Notes: generated by a model from the letters alone, not told the origin. Counted from the first letter of the stretch, positions 10,901 to 20,227 are shown. The stretch: DNA of 64,000 nucleotides from Bradymonadia bacterium (GCA_046290225.1 JBKAGE010000043.1:1-64000), one strand, 5' to 3'. Numbers and translations: made by a program.

Positions 10901-13900
10901 GGCTCAGGTGGCTCAGGGGGTCATCGAAGACAATGAGCAGGCGGCCACGCTCTGGGGTCGTATCGAGGGCGAGGGCCTCACCCTCGGTGAGGCAGGCGCC
11001 GAGCGTGTACGAGAAGCCCGGGTGTCGCTCGCGCTGTTGCACCGAGAGGCTGGCCGATGGTCCAAGTACGTCAACGTGACAGCACGCCTCTGCGGTGATC
11101 TCGATGACGAAGCATCGATCGATCGAGCGCGAGAGGCTGCGCGCACGCTGGCATCTGCTGAAGCCGATGTTGAACTGCAGGAGCGGGTCTGGCTCTGGAT
11201 CACCGAGGTACAGCCTGGAGACGTGGAGGCCCTCAAGGCCTTGTCGGCGAGCGCCGCAGCTCGGGGTGATCATGCATTGGAAGCTCAACGCCTCGGGGCC
11301 CTGATCACCGCAGGCGGCGCCTCAGATCATGCAGCCATCATCCGACGAAGGGCCCGGGCGTTGTGGTCGTCGGGCCAGAGCGCGGAGGCCCTGGAGGCAT
11401 GGCGTGCCTATCGGGCCCTGGAGCCCGTCGACCGTGTGGCCATGGTGGCTGTGCGTCAGCTCGCCGCCGGCGAGGGTATGTACGAGGTCGCCGCTCGAGT
11501 ACTTGAGGAAGAGCGGATCGCCGAGACTGATCCCACACATCTCGCCCACCTCGATCGTCTCTGGGCCCGAATGCTCGAGGGGCCCCTGGAGGCGCCAGAG
11601 CGAGCGCTCCACGCGTGGAGCCAGGTCCTCGAGAGCTGTGAGGATGATCCCGAAGCGCTGCGGGCCGTCTATGCCCTGTACTGCCATCAGGGCCGCTGGC
11701 GAGAGGCCGAAGAGGCCCTGGCCCGATTGTTGGCACTCGCCCCGAGCGATCGGGTGAAGGTGGCCCTACGGGCAGATGCTGCTCGGCGATTCAGCGAGCA
11801 CGGGAGCGATCCAGGCACGGCTTTCGACCACATGGCCGAGGCGGTCACCCTGGCCAGCGACGCCCATCTGCCTGTGGATGGTCTGTTGTCGACGCTCCAG
11901 CAGCTCGCAGATGCGGGGCGACTCTGGGACCGCCTCTTGCCCGTCCTCAGGGTGCTCCGGCAGCGGGCTGAGGGGGCGACCCAGATCGAGCACTTGCTGC
12001 TCGCCGAGGTCCGTATCCTCGACGAGCACCTCGGGGACAAGGCCGGGGCCATGAGCGTGCTGGCCTTGGAGTTCGAGCGTCACCCGAGAGAAAGCGAGCT
12101 CCTCGAACACCTCGTGCGTCTGGCCACAGATCTGCAGTCGTGGGAGCTGCTCGCCGATGTCTGGCGGCGGCTCGCAGAGCAGGCAGAGGCCCCGGACGCC
12201 CGGGTGGCTTGGTTGCGCAACGCCACCGAGGTTCTCGAGATCCGCCTCGGGGATGTACGTCGGGCCTTCTGGATGCTCGCCAGCGCCCTGGAGCAGCAGA
12301 GCGCTGTAGAGGTCCTATGGGCTGATCTGTGGCGCCTCGCCCGAGCGGGCAACCTGTGGGCACCCCTGGTGGAACGTTATGGCCGTTGGCTGCGGCAGCA
12401 ACCCCGCTCTACCTCTCGCGCGAAGGGGGCCATGGAGCTCGCAGAGGTGGTGGAGCAGCGTCTCGGTGACTGGTCGGCTGCCCTCGAGCTGTTTTTGCTC
12501 GCTCTGGGTGATGCCCAGCAGGGTGAGGCGGCCTGGAGCGAGGTGAGTCGCCTCGCCGAGACCCACGACGGGTGGTCGAGGGTGGCTGGCCATCTCGAAG
12601 AGCAGCTCGCTGGAGAGCTGGCTGATCCTGATCGTCTCGTGCTCCTGCTCCAGCTCGCCCGGTTGTGTGATGCCCACCTCGGAGATCACGAGCGCGCGCT
12701 GGCCCTCATCTTCGACGCCCTGGAGGTGAGCCCTGGCGATTCCGCCGCAGGTGAAGCCTTCTTGCGCCATGGCGAGACCCACTTCATCACCGAGCCCCTG
12801 GCCGAGCAGGCCGAGGCCCGGGCGGATGAAGCCCCAGATGCAGAGCGGCGCCTGGGCTGGTTGCGGCTGGCCCTCAAGCTCAGAGGTCGGCCGGGTACGA
12901 GTGACGCCAGCGCGCGGATTCTCGAGGCCATCGTGGCTCTCGATCCTGCTGACGACGAGGCCACACGATACCTCGCTGATCACTTGAAGCAGCTGGGCCG
13001 GTACCCCCAGCTGGCCAACCTACTCGAACGTCGTTTGCCCGTGGTCTCGGGGCTTCCCCAGGTCGACACGTTGCGCGATCTGTGGGTGATTTACCGGGAT
13101 TGGCTCGACGCCCCGGACAAAGCCGACGCCGCTTGGAGCCGACTACAGGCATTGCGTCCCGAGGGGCAGCGGGCCTGCGAGATGCTGATGAGCCTGTACG
13201 AAGAGCAGAAAGCGTGGGGCAGCGCCGCGGAGCTGCTGGCCCATCGCGCCGACCTGCTCGAGGGCCAGCCGCGCTTCAAACTGCTCCGGCAGCGCGTGCG
13301 ATTGTTGCACGAGCAGGTGGGCAATGCTGATCGAGCGCTCAGCGCAGCCATCGCGCTCTCTGGAGAAACGCCGACCGATCTCGACCTCATCGTCGAGGTG
13401 GCTCAGTGGTGCATCGAGGCCGATGAAGGCCCCAGCCGGCTCCTCACTCAGCTTGAGGAGATCATCCCCGAATTCGAGCAGCAGGGCCGAATCGAGGCCC
13501 ACCGCCTCGCAGGGACCATTGCCCGAGATGGGGTCGGAGATGCGAGCCGGGCCATCGACGCCTTCACCGAGGTGATGCGTCGAGATCCGGAGGACATGGA
13601 GACCGCTCGCACCCTCGCCGAGCTGCTCGAGTCAGAGGGGCGCTATGAGGCCCTGGTGGCGCTGCTGGTGTCCACGGGGCCCGAAGGGGAGCCTCACGCA
13701 CGGTCCGGCGACGAGGCCCTGGTGGTTTGGGGTTTGCACATCGCCGACGTTCAGAGCACACGCCTGGGTCGGCCTCGAGAGGCCATCGTCACCCTGCAGG
13801 ATCTGCTCGACCAGCGGCCCCGCCATCGGGGCGCGCTGGAGCGGCTGGTGGCCTTGACCGAGGCCACGGACGATCACGAAGGGCTGGTGAAGGCCCTCGG

Positions 13901-16496
13901 CGCGCTGGCGCCACAGATCGAAGACCTCGAGCAGGTTCGCGCTTTGCTGGAGGGCCGGGCGAGGACCATGGCCGAGGTCGGTCAGGCGAAACTTGCAGTG
14001 CGCATCTGGCAGTTCCTCATCACCCGAGCACCCTCGCATCGGGAAGCGCACGAGGCGGTCCGCGCCTATGGTGAAGCACAGCAGGACTGGGATTTGCTCG
14101 CATGGTTGGGGCAGCTCGCCGCAGACACCGGGCTCCCGGAAGCCCGGGGCGATCGATACTACGAGCTGGGACAACTCCACGAGCACAAGCGCAACGACGT
14201 CATCGCCGCTGAGGAGGCCTATCGAAAGGCCGTGCAGGCCAATGGCAGCCACATCGACGCCTTGAGGCGGCTCACCGATCTCGTGCGCCGGAGAGGGAAC
14301 CCCGAGACGCTCGAAGCTCTGGCCAGCTGGCTGCTGGCCCGGCTGCAGTCCAGTGGTCAGGGCCCCTTTGCCGAAGCGCTGGCCCCTCTCGTCTCCGGGC
14401 TTCAGCTCGACCGTGGCCGCATCGCCGAGCAGAGCGGGCAACGTCAGCTGATGCTCGCGTGTTACCAGGACGCCCATCGGTGGAGCCCCGGAGATGGCGA
14501 GGTGGCCCTGGCCCTTGCAGACGCCCTCTACGACGAGGGCGATCTCACCGCTGCGGCTTCGCTCTTTGCCCGGTTCTCCGATCTGCCCGAAGCCCCCATG
14601 GGCGTCGATCCGGCGCGGTACAAGGCCGATGGCCACTTGAGGCGGGCCATGGCGTTCAAGGATGCCAGCCTGACCGAGCGGGCGCTGCGTCACGCTGAAG
14701 CTGCGATTCATCACCCGAGTACACGGTTGTCCGCCATGGAGACGCTCATCGCGCTGCGCGAGCGCGCCGCGCAGTGGGACGAAGCTGTCCGGCTCAGGGA
14801 GCGCCTCGCTGCCGTGCTCGACAAGCCCGAGCGGCAGCAGGTGATCCTGCTCGGCGCAGCAGAGATCGTCGAGACGCACATGGGCAACATCGCTGCAGCC
14901 CTGGATCTGTATCGTCGCACCCTCGACGTCGGCCTCGAAGATGGTAACACCCTGCGGCGGCTGCTTCCGCGATACACCGACGCTGGCCGTGTAGAGGACG
15001 CCCTCATCATCATCGAGCGCTTGCTGGCTCAGGCCACCGATCCCAACCGACGGGCGGAGCTCAGGTGCCAGCAAGCAGGACTCAGCCTCAAGCAGGAAGA
15101 TGGCGAGCAGGCCCTGACGAGCTACCAGAAAGCTCTCAAGGACTCTCCGCTGTTCCTGCCTGCCGTTCGGGGCTTGATCCGCGTGCTCGATGTGGCGCCG
15201 AGTCGAGAGCGGTTGCCCTTGCTCGAGTCAGCCTGGAAGGCCGTGAGCCGGATTCCTGGCCGTGGCAAGATCCCTGTGCTCGAGTTGCTGGGTGCGGCCA
15301 TGAGAGCCCGTGGGGAGCGCGCCGCTGCGGTGGAACTCTACGAGGAGATTCAGGCCGCGGATCGCACGCACGCTCTGGCCCAGGAGGCCCTCTCCGACCT
15401 CTACCGTGAGATGCGCGACGCTGCCCCGGAGCCTGCTGGGGTACGGCGCCTCTCCCGAGCGATTCGGCACCGCTTGGCCACCATGAGGGTGCGCCCCGGT
15501 CAGCTGCAGGATCTTCGGGATCTGGTGTCGCTCTACCACGGCGCTGGGCGAAAGGGTTGGGCCACAATGCCCCTGCAGGTGCTCGACTTCGTCGGCGCCC
15601 TCGACGCAGAAGAGCGCGACCTGTTGCAGCAGCTCAGGGGCCCTCTCGATCCTGACCATCCCATCGAGATCACCCAGGGGGACTGGGTCAACCTCGTGTG
15701 CGAGCCGGGGATGAAGAGCCCGGTGGGCGAGATGCTGACCCGGCTTCACAGTCTGCTGGGCCCCGCCGTCAGCGAGCTCTTCTCGGCGCCTGAGGAGGCA
15801 TCGGGCAGCCCCGCAGCGTCGATTCACCCGCCCCTGGTGGATCGGGTGGAGAAGATGTGCGCCGCCATGAGCCTTCCAGAGCGAGAGGTGCGCATCGCCG
15901 AAGGGCACCCACCGACGGTCACGCTCTCGGCGCTGCACCCGCCCACGCTCATGGTGGGCGACGGTTTGCTCGGTGAGCTCGACCACCCCGGTCGTATTTT
16001 CATGCTCGCCCGCAGCCTCGAGCTGACCCGTGGCGCAGCGGTCTACGCGGCCTTCATCCCGGCCACCGAGAGCCTGGCCATGTTGGTGGCGGCGTTGAAC
16101 ATGGCCCTCGAGGGGGATCTCGGCGACGACTTCATCGATCAGGTTCAGCCTGCTCGCCTGGAGTTCTGGGACATTTTCCTCACCGATCGCCTGACCGGAG
16201 AGCAACGCCGGGCCCTGGCGCCGCTGGCCCGACAGGTGGCGGCCCTGGGCCCCATGGGCTTCCAGGACTGGTCGGGCTCGGTCCGACGGACTGCAAACCG
16301 CATGGGCTGGCTGATGAGCGGTGATCTCGCCGCCACGATGCAGGTGCTCGCCTCGGAAAGCCGTACACTGGATCTGGAAGACACGGGCGGCACTGATGTC
16401 CTAAGACGTCTGCTCGATCGCGCGCCGGCGATCACTGATGTGTACTGGTACGTGTTCGGCAACCCGCTCCACGAGCTGTTGGGTCTGAAGCGATAG
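7995..16496 (+). CDS. Giant TPR protein, AgmK/GltI-like family
   Basis: 2833 aa of Ala/Leu/Glu/Arg-rich helical repeats (L.D...A...Y..AL...P.D.EAL..L..LY....W..L); C-terminal RRTANRMGWLMSGDL motif typical of myxobacterial AgmK-like giants; no signal peptide. Confidence 0.75.
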   Translation: MRQHADASGAELLADLHQITDDARRAEAGLTLALRAVEGGDLPFAARAYLEALSAQLQAGDGVGAERVLDALEGVARQGRRPETVGPWLGGLFLMARWPSVRQLLYPSTGAGDRAPVLFCAAQCLDALPTERDEGQQLLRWVLEHGEASLKAALALQLGALVEEGVADVAVLVTLARVRADAGAFEEAMTSLEKAEERASTLSEEATVILEVGRLIAEYSDQPEEAVQRYYQALVLYPELADDVEDALDDFIDRWGVPTGAIDELQQLCERLDRGDLLVKVLEDRLETLRREAGAPEAVASLLLRLAEHAEYAAHHPRQAFDLYCEGLEVGPEHPEPFADGMRRTAALGIEGATERMEPLLRAKGLWSHLTRIWLADVVTRQTPAEKAELYFKAGVIAEERLHDAPSALSHFEQALVWVPQGTRYLSAAARVARRAEDWPKVNSLLDQLIKLDGAKVEAALTLAAIRATHLNDPAGAGRALEALIEHDGALKAPGEWGALEIGDALSLAPLVRAIAEARGGAVGARLMMSLAWILLARPSGAQEARTALHAAVVLSPQPGGTFTEIAERLAEAGGDPALAPWLASAGALPLPEPVRLDALSRSAMLYAGPLDQKAFARYPLMALVAAGASDADTLKLLVDALALTEPAESAAQGLKWLLDGPLKTSEDGALRLKALLLYATQLADHLKVPEEATGILTEALIDSDTLGGVRVVMPKIRAWFEARDDWAGYMGVMERGAAAMESEAPMSALRMEMASVAERQLSNPAMAAQILDPLRTTSDLDVSQIRRELSRLYQQSGDVDRRRALLAQGLAEAKTPEAIGEAARGLLDAAVEEPRDVGLLIEGHKRLLQLEPESFEHLDALSALYKEVSYTRARADVLERRWRLAPTLEHLDTLRELCNLVGGEMQRWDRAILLLQELRQHAPGDLELITELARAYEEVGDVEALMALYLSATERLSGEARLEVLKSAAQVAQGVIEDNEQAATLWGRIEGEGLTLGEAGAERVREARVSLALLHREAGRWSKYVNVTARLCGDLDDEASIDRAREAARTLASAEADVELQERVWLWITEVQPGDVEALKALSASAAARGDHALEAQRLGALITAGGASDHAAIIRRRARALWSSGQSAEALEAWRAYRALEPVDRVAMVAVRQLAAGEGMYEVAARVLEEERIAETDPTHLAHLDRLWARMLEGPLEAPERALHAWSQVLESCEDDPEALRAVYALYCHQGRWREAEEALARLLALAPSDRVKVALRADAARRFSEHGSDPGTAFDHMAEAVTLASDAHLPVDGLLSTLQQLADAGRLWDRLLPVLRVLRQRAEGATQIEHLLLAEVRILDEHLGDKAGAMSVLALEFERHPRESELLEHLVRLATDLQSWELLADVWRRLAEQAEAPDARVAWLRNATEVLEIRLGDVRRAFWMLASALEQQSAVEVLWADLWRLARAGNLWAPLVERYGRWLRQQPRSTSRAKGAMELAEVVEQRLGDWSAALELFLLALGDAQQGEAAWSEVSRLAETHDGWSRVAGHLEEQLAGELADPDRLVLLLQLARLCDAHLGDHERALALIFDALEVSPGDSAAGEAFLRHGETHFITEPLAEQAEARADEAPDAERRLGWLRLALKLRGRPGTSDASARILEAIVALDPADDEATRYLADHLKQLGRYPQLANLLERRLPVVSGLPQVDTLRDLWVIYRDWLDAPDKADAAWSRLQALRPEGQRACEMLMSLYEEQKAWGSAAELLAHRADLLEGQPRFKLLRQRVRLLHEQVGNADRALSAAIALSGETPTDLDLIVEVAQWCIEADEGPSRLLTQLEEIIPEFEQQGRIEAHRLAGTIARDGVGDASRAIDAFTEVMRRDPEDMETARTLAELLESEGRYEALVALLVSTGPEGEPHARSGDEALVVWGLHIADVQSTRLGRPREAIVTLQDLLDQRPRHRGALERLVALTEATDDHEGLVKALGALAPQIEDLEQVRALLEGRARTMAEVGQAKLAVRIWQFLITRAPSHREAHEAVRAYGEAQQDWDLLAWLGQLAADTGLPEARGDRYYELGQLHEHKRNDVIAAEEAYRKAVQANGSHIDALRRLTDLVRRRGNPETLEALASWLLARLQSSGQGPFAEALAPLVSGLQLDRGRIAEQSGQRQLMLACYQDAHRWSPGDGEVALALADALYDEGDLTAAASLFARFSDLPEAPMGVDPARYKADGHLRRAMAFKDASLTERALRHAEAAIHHPSTRLSAMETLIALRERAAQWDEAVRLRERLAAVLDKPERQQVILLGAAEIVETHMGNIAAALDLYRRTLDVGLEDGNTLRRLLPRYTDAGRVEDALIIIERLLAQATDPNRRAELRCQQAGLSLKQEDGEQALTSYQKALKDSPLFLPAVRGLIRVLDVAPSRERLPLLESAWKAVSRIPGRGKIPVLELLGAAMRARGERAAAVELYEEIQAADRTHALAQEALSDLYREMRDAAPEPAGVRRLSRAIRHRLATMRVRPGQLQDLRDLVSLYHGAGRKGWATMPLQVLDFVGALDAEERDLLQQLRGPLDPDHPIEITQGDWVNLVCEPGMKSPVGEMLTRLHSLLGPAVSELFSAPEEASGSPAASIHPPLVDRVEKMCAAMSLPEREVRIAEGHPPTVTLSALHPPTLMVGDGLLGELDHPGRIFMLARSLELTRGAAVYAAFIPATESLAMLVAALNMALEGDLGDDFIDQVQPARLEFWDIFLTDRLTGEQRRALAPLARQVAALGPMGFQDWSGSVRRTANRMGWLMSGDLAATMQVLASESRTLDLEDTGGTDVLRRLLDRAPAITDVYWYVFGNPLHELLGLKR

Positions 16497-16505
16497 AGGT
16501 GCAGC

Positions 16506-16668
16506 CTGAGCGGACGGCCGTGCTTTGTAGCGGACGGCCGCCCTTCGGGCCGCCTGTAGCGGACGACCCAGCAAAAGCTTTCGCTACGCGCCGTCTGTAG
16601 CGGACGCCTCGCCTTCGGCGAAAGCTGTAGCGGACGCCGAGTCTGCCTCCGGCAGCCTGTGCTGTAGC
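16506..16668. repeat. Array of GTAG-tagged short direct repeats (TGTAGCGGACG) separated by hairpins; REP/BIME-like
   Basis: Exact TGTAGCGGACG at 16526, 16555, 16596 and 16626; degenerate copies at 16507 and 16662; located between convergent genes. Confidence 0.8.
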
Positions 16669-16879
16669 TTTTTAGAAAGTTCTGGTGTGAGCATAAAGCT
16701 CAGGCGGGCCCCGGGGAGAGGCGGAGGTCCCGGTCGTGGTCGACTGCGGCGTGAGGCGTAGTGGCTGGGTGGTGATTCACCCGCAGGCGCAGCAGCGCTG
16801 CGTCGAGGAGGGAAGCGCCGCCCAGACGCTGCGTATCGCGTCGCAGGCGACCGCGAACGGGGCCGGAGCCTCGGAGCCC

Positions 16880-17359
16880 TCACATCCCGTTCAGGATGCG
16901 CCAGTTCCCGTCTTCGTTCCGGAAGGTGAGGCGGTTGCGATCATCCACCGTCTCCCAGCGGTCCTGCTCACCGAGGGTGTACTGGTACTGGCTGGTGTAA
17001 TCGTAATCCACCTGGGCGATCTCATCGTTGAGGATCTGCACATCGACGATGGTGATGTTGTACTTGATGTCCTTCACGTGGGACTTCAGGTCCGAGAGCA
17101 CCTTCTCCAGGCCGCGATAATCATAATCATCGCTGGGATCGTTCGTCGTGCTGCCGTTCTCGTAGTACCGGCGGCTCGCCAGAGAGCGCAGGGCTTCAGC
17201 GTCGCGCTGCTCCACAGCGACCCGGTAGCGCTCCACCAGATTCACCACGACCTCGACCTCGTCGGTCATCTCGATCTGGGTGCCCGGCACGTAGCGGGGG
17301 CCGCAGGCGGTGAGGGAGAGGCTGCCGGCGAGCAGCAGAGCAGTGACCGAACGACGCAT
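16880..17359 (-). CDS. Lipoprotein with NTF2/SnoaL-like domain
   Basis: Start reassigned to ATG 17359 (AGGAG upstream): MRRSVTALLLAGSLSLTAC lipobox; YRVAVEQRDAEALRSLAS..Y and C-terminal DGNWRILNGM fit an NTF2-like fold. Confidence 0.75.
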   Translation of the reverse strand: MRRSVTALLLAGSLSLTACGPRYVPGTQIEMTDEVEVVVNLVERYRVAVEQRDAEALRSLASRRYYENGSTTNDPSDDYDYRGLEKVLSDLKSHVKDIKYNITIVDVQILNDEIAQVDYDYTSQYQYTLGEQDRWETVDDRNRLTFRNEDGNWRILNGM

Positions 17360-17431
17360 GAGCGCTCCTTGCTGGGTTCCCTGAGGGGTCGCTGTGGGCG
17401 AACCCCCCACGGCAGGTCGGATATTCCGGGG

Positions 17432-17460
17432 ATATTCAGGACCCGAGCTACCCTTGTCAA
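17432..17460 (-). promoter_or_regulatory. Possible sigma70-type promoter for the NTF2 lipoprotein
   Basis: Perfect TTGACA (17460-17455), 17-nt spacer, weak -10 GAATAT; GGATATTC is directly repeated at 17419 and 17430. Confidence 0.3.
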
Positions 17461-19778
17461 TGATCTCGGCTGATTCGCACGTCACCGAAAGCGCGGCTGC
17501 GTCTGGCCCAGCGCTCCAGCCCATGCCGCTCACCGGCCTCGATGCCCAGATCTGTTCGGGCTGCCACCGCGGCGAAGGCTTCTGCTGCCTCTGCATAAGC
17601 CTTGGCGCGGAAGCGGGCCACACCCACCAGTCGAAGCGCCTCGATCTTCAACGCAGGGTGGGGGAGTCCCCCCGCGAGGGCCGCTCGGAGGCCGCGGATT
17701 GCATCCTCAGGCTCATCAGAGAAGACTTGCTGTCGAGCGGCGAGATAGCGGGCCACCGGCCAGTCAGGGGCCTCGTGCACCAGATCAGCGATCAAGGCAG
17801 AAGCATCATCACGATCCATTTGACCTGCTGCGGTGAGCAAGTCGAGCACCCTCTGACCCACCGCGCCCTCGTCCAGGGCCGAATGCTTCACCGCCACCCT
17901 GCGGGCTTGACCGCGTTCGAAGGCCGAGGCCAGCACCGCTGAGTAGTGGGCCCGCGCTGAGGCGATGTCTCCACGGCGGGCGGCGAGATCACCTTGCCAT
18001 TCACGGGCGCGCGCTTGCCGCTGCCGGCCCACTCGATCATCCGCAGCGAGTTCAGCAGCCACCTGGGCGGCTTCGTCGAGATCTCCGTTGCGGTACAGCA
18101 CATCGATGCGATCGAGGCGGGCGAGCGGATCATTGGGGATGAAGGTCAGGATCGTCTCCACCGCCGCCAGAGCGCGGGGCAGATCGTGGCGTTGTCGAGC
18201 CACCGCCCTTAGCGCAGCGATCTCGTGGGCGCAGACCTTGCCGAAGATCGAAGGCCGATCGAAGCGCACCCGAGCAGCTTCCAGGGCAATGGGGCCCAGG
18301 GGCTCGCGCTCGATGTAGGCCTGCCAGTCCTTCACCAGGGCCGAGAGCGGCTCGCCTGCTGCCGACGCTACGTCGCCTGTACGATAGGCCGTGGCCATGA
18401 CATCGGCCCCCCGGGTATCTCGAAGGAATCGCACGAAGGAGCCACAGACGGTGTAGGCCTGCCGTGAGGAATAGGCGTAGAAGCCCTGAGGCTGGAGCAG
18501 CCCCTCGATGGGTGGCGCGATCTCGAGATCGTGCATCGCCGCCGACCATTGATGGAAGTCGAGGAGATCACCATCCCAAGTGGCCGCTTCGGCGAGACCC
18601 TCGATGAGCGCCATGTTCGGCAAACCGATGGTACTCAGGCTCAGGTGGTGGGGCCCGTTGGCGATGTCTGCAGAGAACACATGGGCCATCTCATGCATCG
18701 TGACATCCTGCCCCACCTGCGGGCGGTGCACGTGAAAGCCGTATTGCCAGGGCTTGGCGATCCGGGTGCGGCCGGCCCCCATCAGCCGCTTCTTCATCTG
18801 GGCGTCAGGGTAGAGGTAGACGTCGATCTTGCGGGTGGGCTCGAAGCCGAAAAAGTCCACCAGCTCCCCACGGATGAAGGTGAGATCTTTAACCAGAGGA
18901 TCAACATGCTCTGGAGACCACGCCGCGGGGAAGTAGACATTGAGGTGTGCCGTCTCCAAGGCGCCGCCGAGACGGCGCTGCACATGGCTCGGCGTACGGT
19001 AGAGATCGAGGTCGAGCAGTTCGAAGTGCATCGCCCCCATGGCCCCCGAGCAGAGCAGCAACATCAAGCCATGACCCCAGGTGCGGCTGAGCAAGCGGCT
19101 TGGCGCGTCGGACTTGATCCTCAGTCTCACCCCCAGTGGGGTGTAGAGCACTCGGGCGAGCGACAGGGCCCAGATCACCCACAGAAGATCATGGACTCGC
19201 GACCACAGCAGCCGGCCGTCCAGCAACAACACTTCGTCGTAGATCGAGCCGGGGAAGTACCCCACGAAGGGGTGGAACACGTCTACAGCGGGTGTGAACC
19301 AGAACCAGAGGAAGGCGGCCACCAGCGTCAGCAATACGCCTGCGGTGAACCGTATACGTGGCCATCGACCCGCCAGGGCCGCCAGCACCCCCCAACCACA
19401 GGCCACGGGCAACGTGATCCCAGGAAGCAGGCCATAGAACAGCAGCCCCTCGAGGTAGTTGCAGTTGGTCACTCTGAGGGCGTTGAGGGTGATGGGGAGC
19501 AGGGGCAGCAGAGCCAGGGGCAGCGCCCGCACCACGGCAGTGAGCCACATGCGCCAGAGCAGCGTGGAGGATCGCAGCAGCGCAGGGCCCCAATACCGAC
19601 GGGCGCGTTTCACCGTGCGGATGCCAGCAGCGGCCCCGAGCAGCGTGATGGGCACCGTCATGGCCAGGGCAAACTCGAAGGCCAGCAGATTGAACAGAGG
19701 GACAAAACAGAGCGCGACGCTGCTACCCAACGTGACCATGCCCCACACAGTGGCCCAGCGAGAGGGTCTGACCGCCAT
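17457..19778 (-). CDS. Polytopic membrane protein fused to a gluzincin (peptidase MA-like) domain and TPRs
   Basis: Several N-terminal TM helices, then LETAHLNVYF, HEMAH...EGLAE (HExxH+E) and YTVCGSFVRFL, then TPR-like helices. ATG at 19778 preferred; the ORF track extends to 19835. Confidence 0.7.
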   Translation of the reverse strand: MAVRPSRWATVWGMVTLGSSVALCFVPLFNLLAFEFALAMTVPITLLGAAAGIRTVKRARRYWGPALLRSSTLLWRMWLTAVVRALPLALLPLLPITLNALRVTNCNYLEGLLFYGLLPGITLPVACGWGVLAALAGRWPRIRFTAGVLLTLVAAFLWFWFTPAVDVFHPFVGYFPGSIYDEVLLLDGRLLWSRVHDLLWVIWALSLARVLYTPLGVRLRIKSDAPSRLLSRTWGHGLMLLLCSGAMGAMHFELLDLDLYRTPSHVQRRLGGALETAHLNVYFPAAWSPEHVDPLVKDLTFIRGELVDFFGFEPTRKIDVYLYPDAQMKKRLMGAGRTRIAKPWQYGFHVHRPQVGQDVTMHEMAHVFSADIANGPHHLSLSTIGLPNMALIEGLAEAATWDGDLLDFHQWSAAMHDLEIAPPIEGLLQPQGFYAYSSRQAYTVCGSFVRFLRDTRGADVMATAYRTGDVASAAGEPLSALVKDWQAYIEREPLGPIALEAARVRFDRPSIFGKVCAHEIAALRAVARQRHDLPRALAAVETILTFIPNDPLARLDRIDVLYRNGDLDEAAQVAAELAADDRVGRQRQARAREWQGDLAARRGDIASARAHYSAVLASAFERGQARRVAVKHSALDEGAVGQRVLDLLTAAGQMDRDDASALIADLVHEAPDWPVARYLAARQQVFSDEPEDAIRGLRAALAGGLPHPALKIEALRLVGVARFRAKAYAEAAEAFAAVAARTDLGIEAGERHGLERWARRSRAFGDVRISRDH

Positions 19779-19819
19779 CAACCTTGGCCTGACGCCGTAA
19801 GGTGTGAGACCGTGCTCAC

Positions 19820-20227
19820 ATGAGCAAGACACCACATCCCAACATCGAGTTCACCGTCCGGCGCACCGCCCCGCGGGCGCCCATCGAGCTGGATGTCAGC
19901 TATCACGCCGGCGCCCGTGACGCCGATCGCACGGGCAACCTCAGCGGCACGGGGGTGTTCATCCGGTGCGCCGAGCCGCTCCCGATGGGTACAGAGCAGC
20001 ACTTCTTGTTGCATCTGCCCAACCTCGAGCGGCCGTTGTCCGTGCCTGGTGTGGTCCGATGGGCCATCGAGCCTGGTCAAGCCAGCGATCAAGACTCCGG
20101 CATGGGGGTGGAGTTCATCTTCCGCTCCGAGGAGGAGCGCCAGGCCCTGCGCCGAGTCGTGGACGACTTGATCCAGGACACCCTCGCCGCAGAGCTCTAT
20201 GCGCTGCTCGGTGGGGGCCGGGACTGA
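19820..20227 (+). CDS. PilZ-domain protein (myxobacterial TIGR02266 type)
   Basis: RTAPR (RxxxR), NLSGTGVFI (N/DxSxxG), VVRW and GMGVEF. Confidence 0.9.
   Translation: MSKTPHPNIEFTVRRTAPRAPIELDVSYHAGARDADRTGNLSGTGVFIRCAEPLPMGTEQHFLLHLPNLERPLSVPGVVRWAIEPGQASDQDSGMGVEFIFRSEEERQALRRVVDDLIQDTLAAELYALLGGGRD

Noticed and set aside
16506..16668. Repeat array as a CRISPR
   Set aside because: The repeat is only 11 bp, the spacers are at most ~30 nt and self-complementary, and no cas genes are in the window.
16699..16882. Open frame continuing ~59 codons past the TGA of the NTF2 lipoprotein (selenocysteine or readthrough?)
   Set aside because: WRILNGM looks like a natural domain end, the extension is low-information, and such open stretches are common at this GC content.
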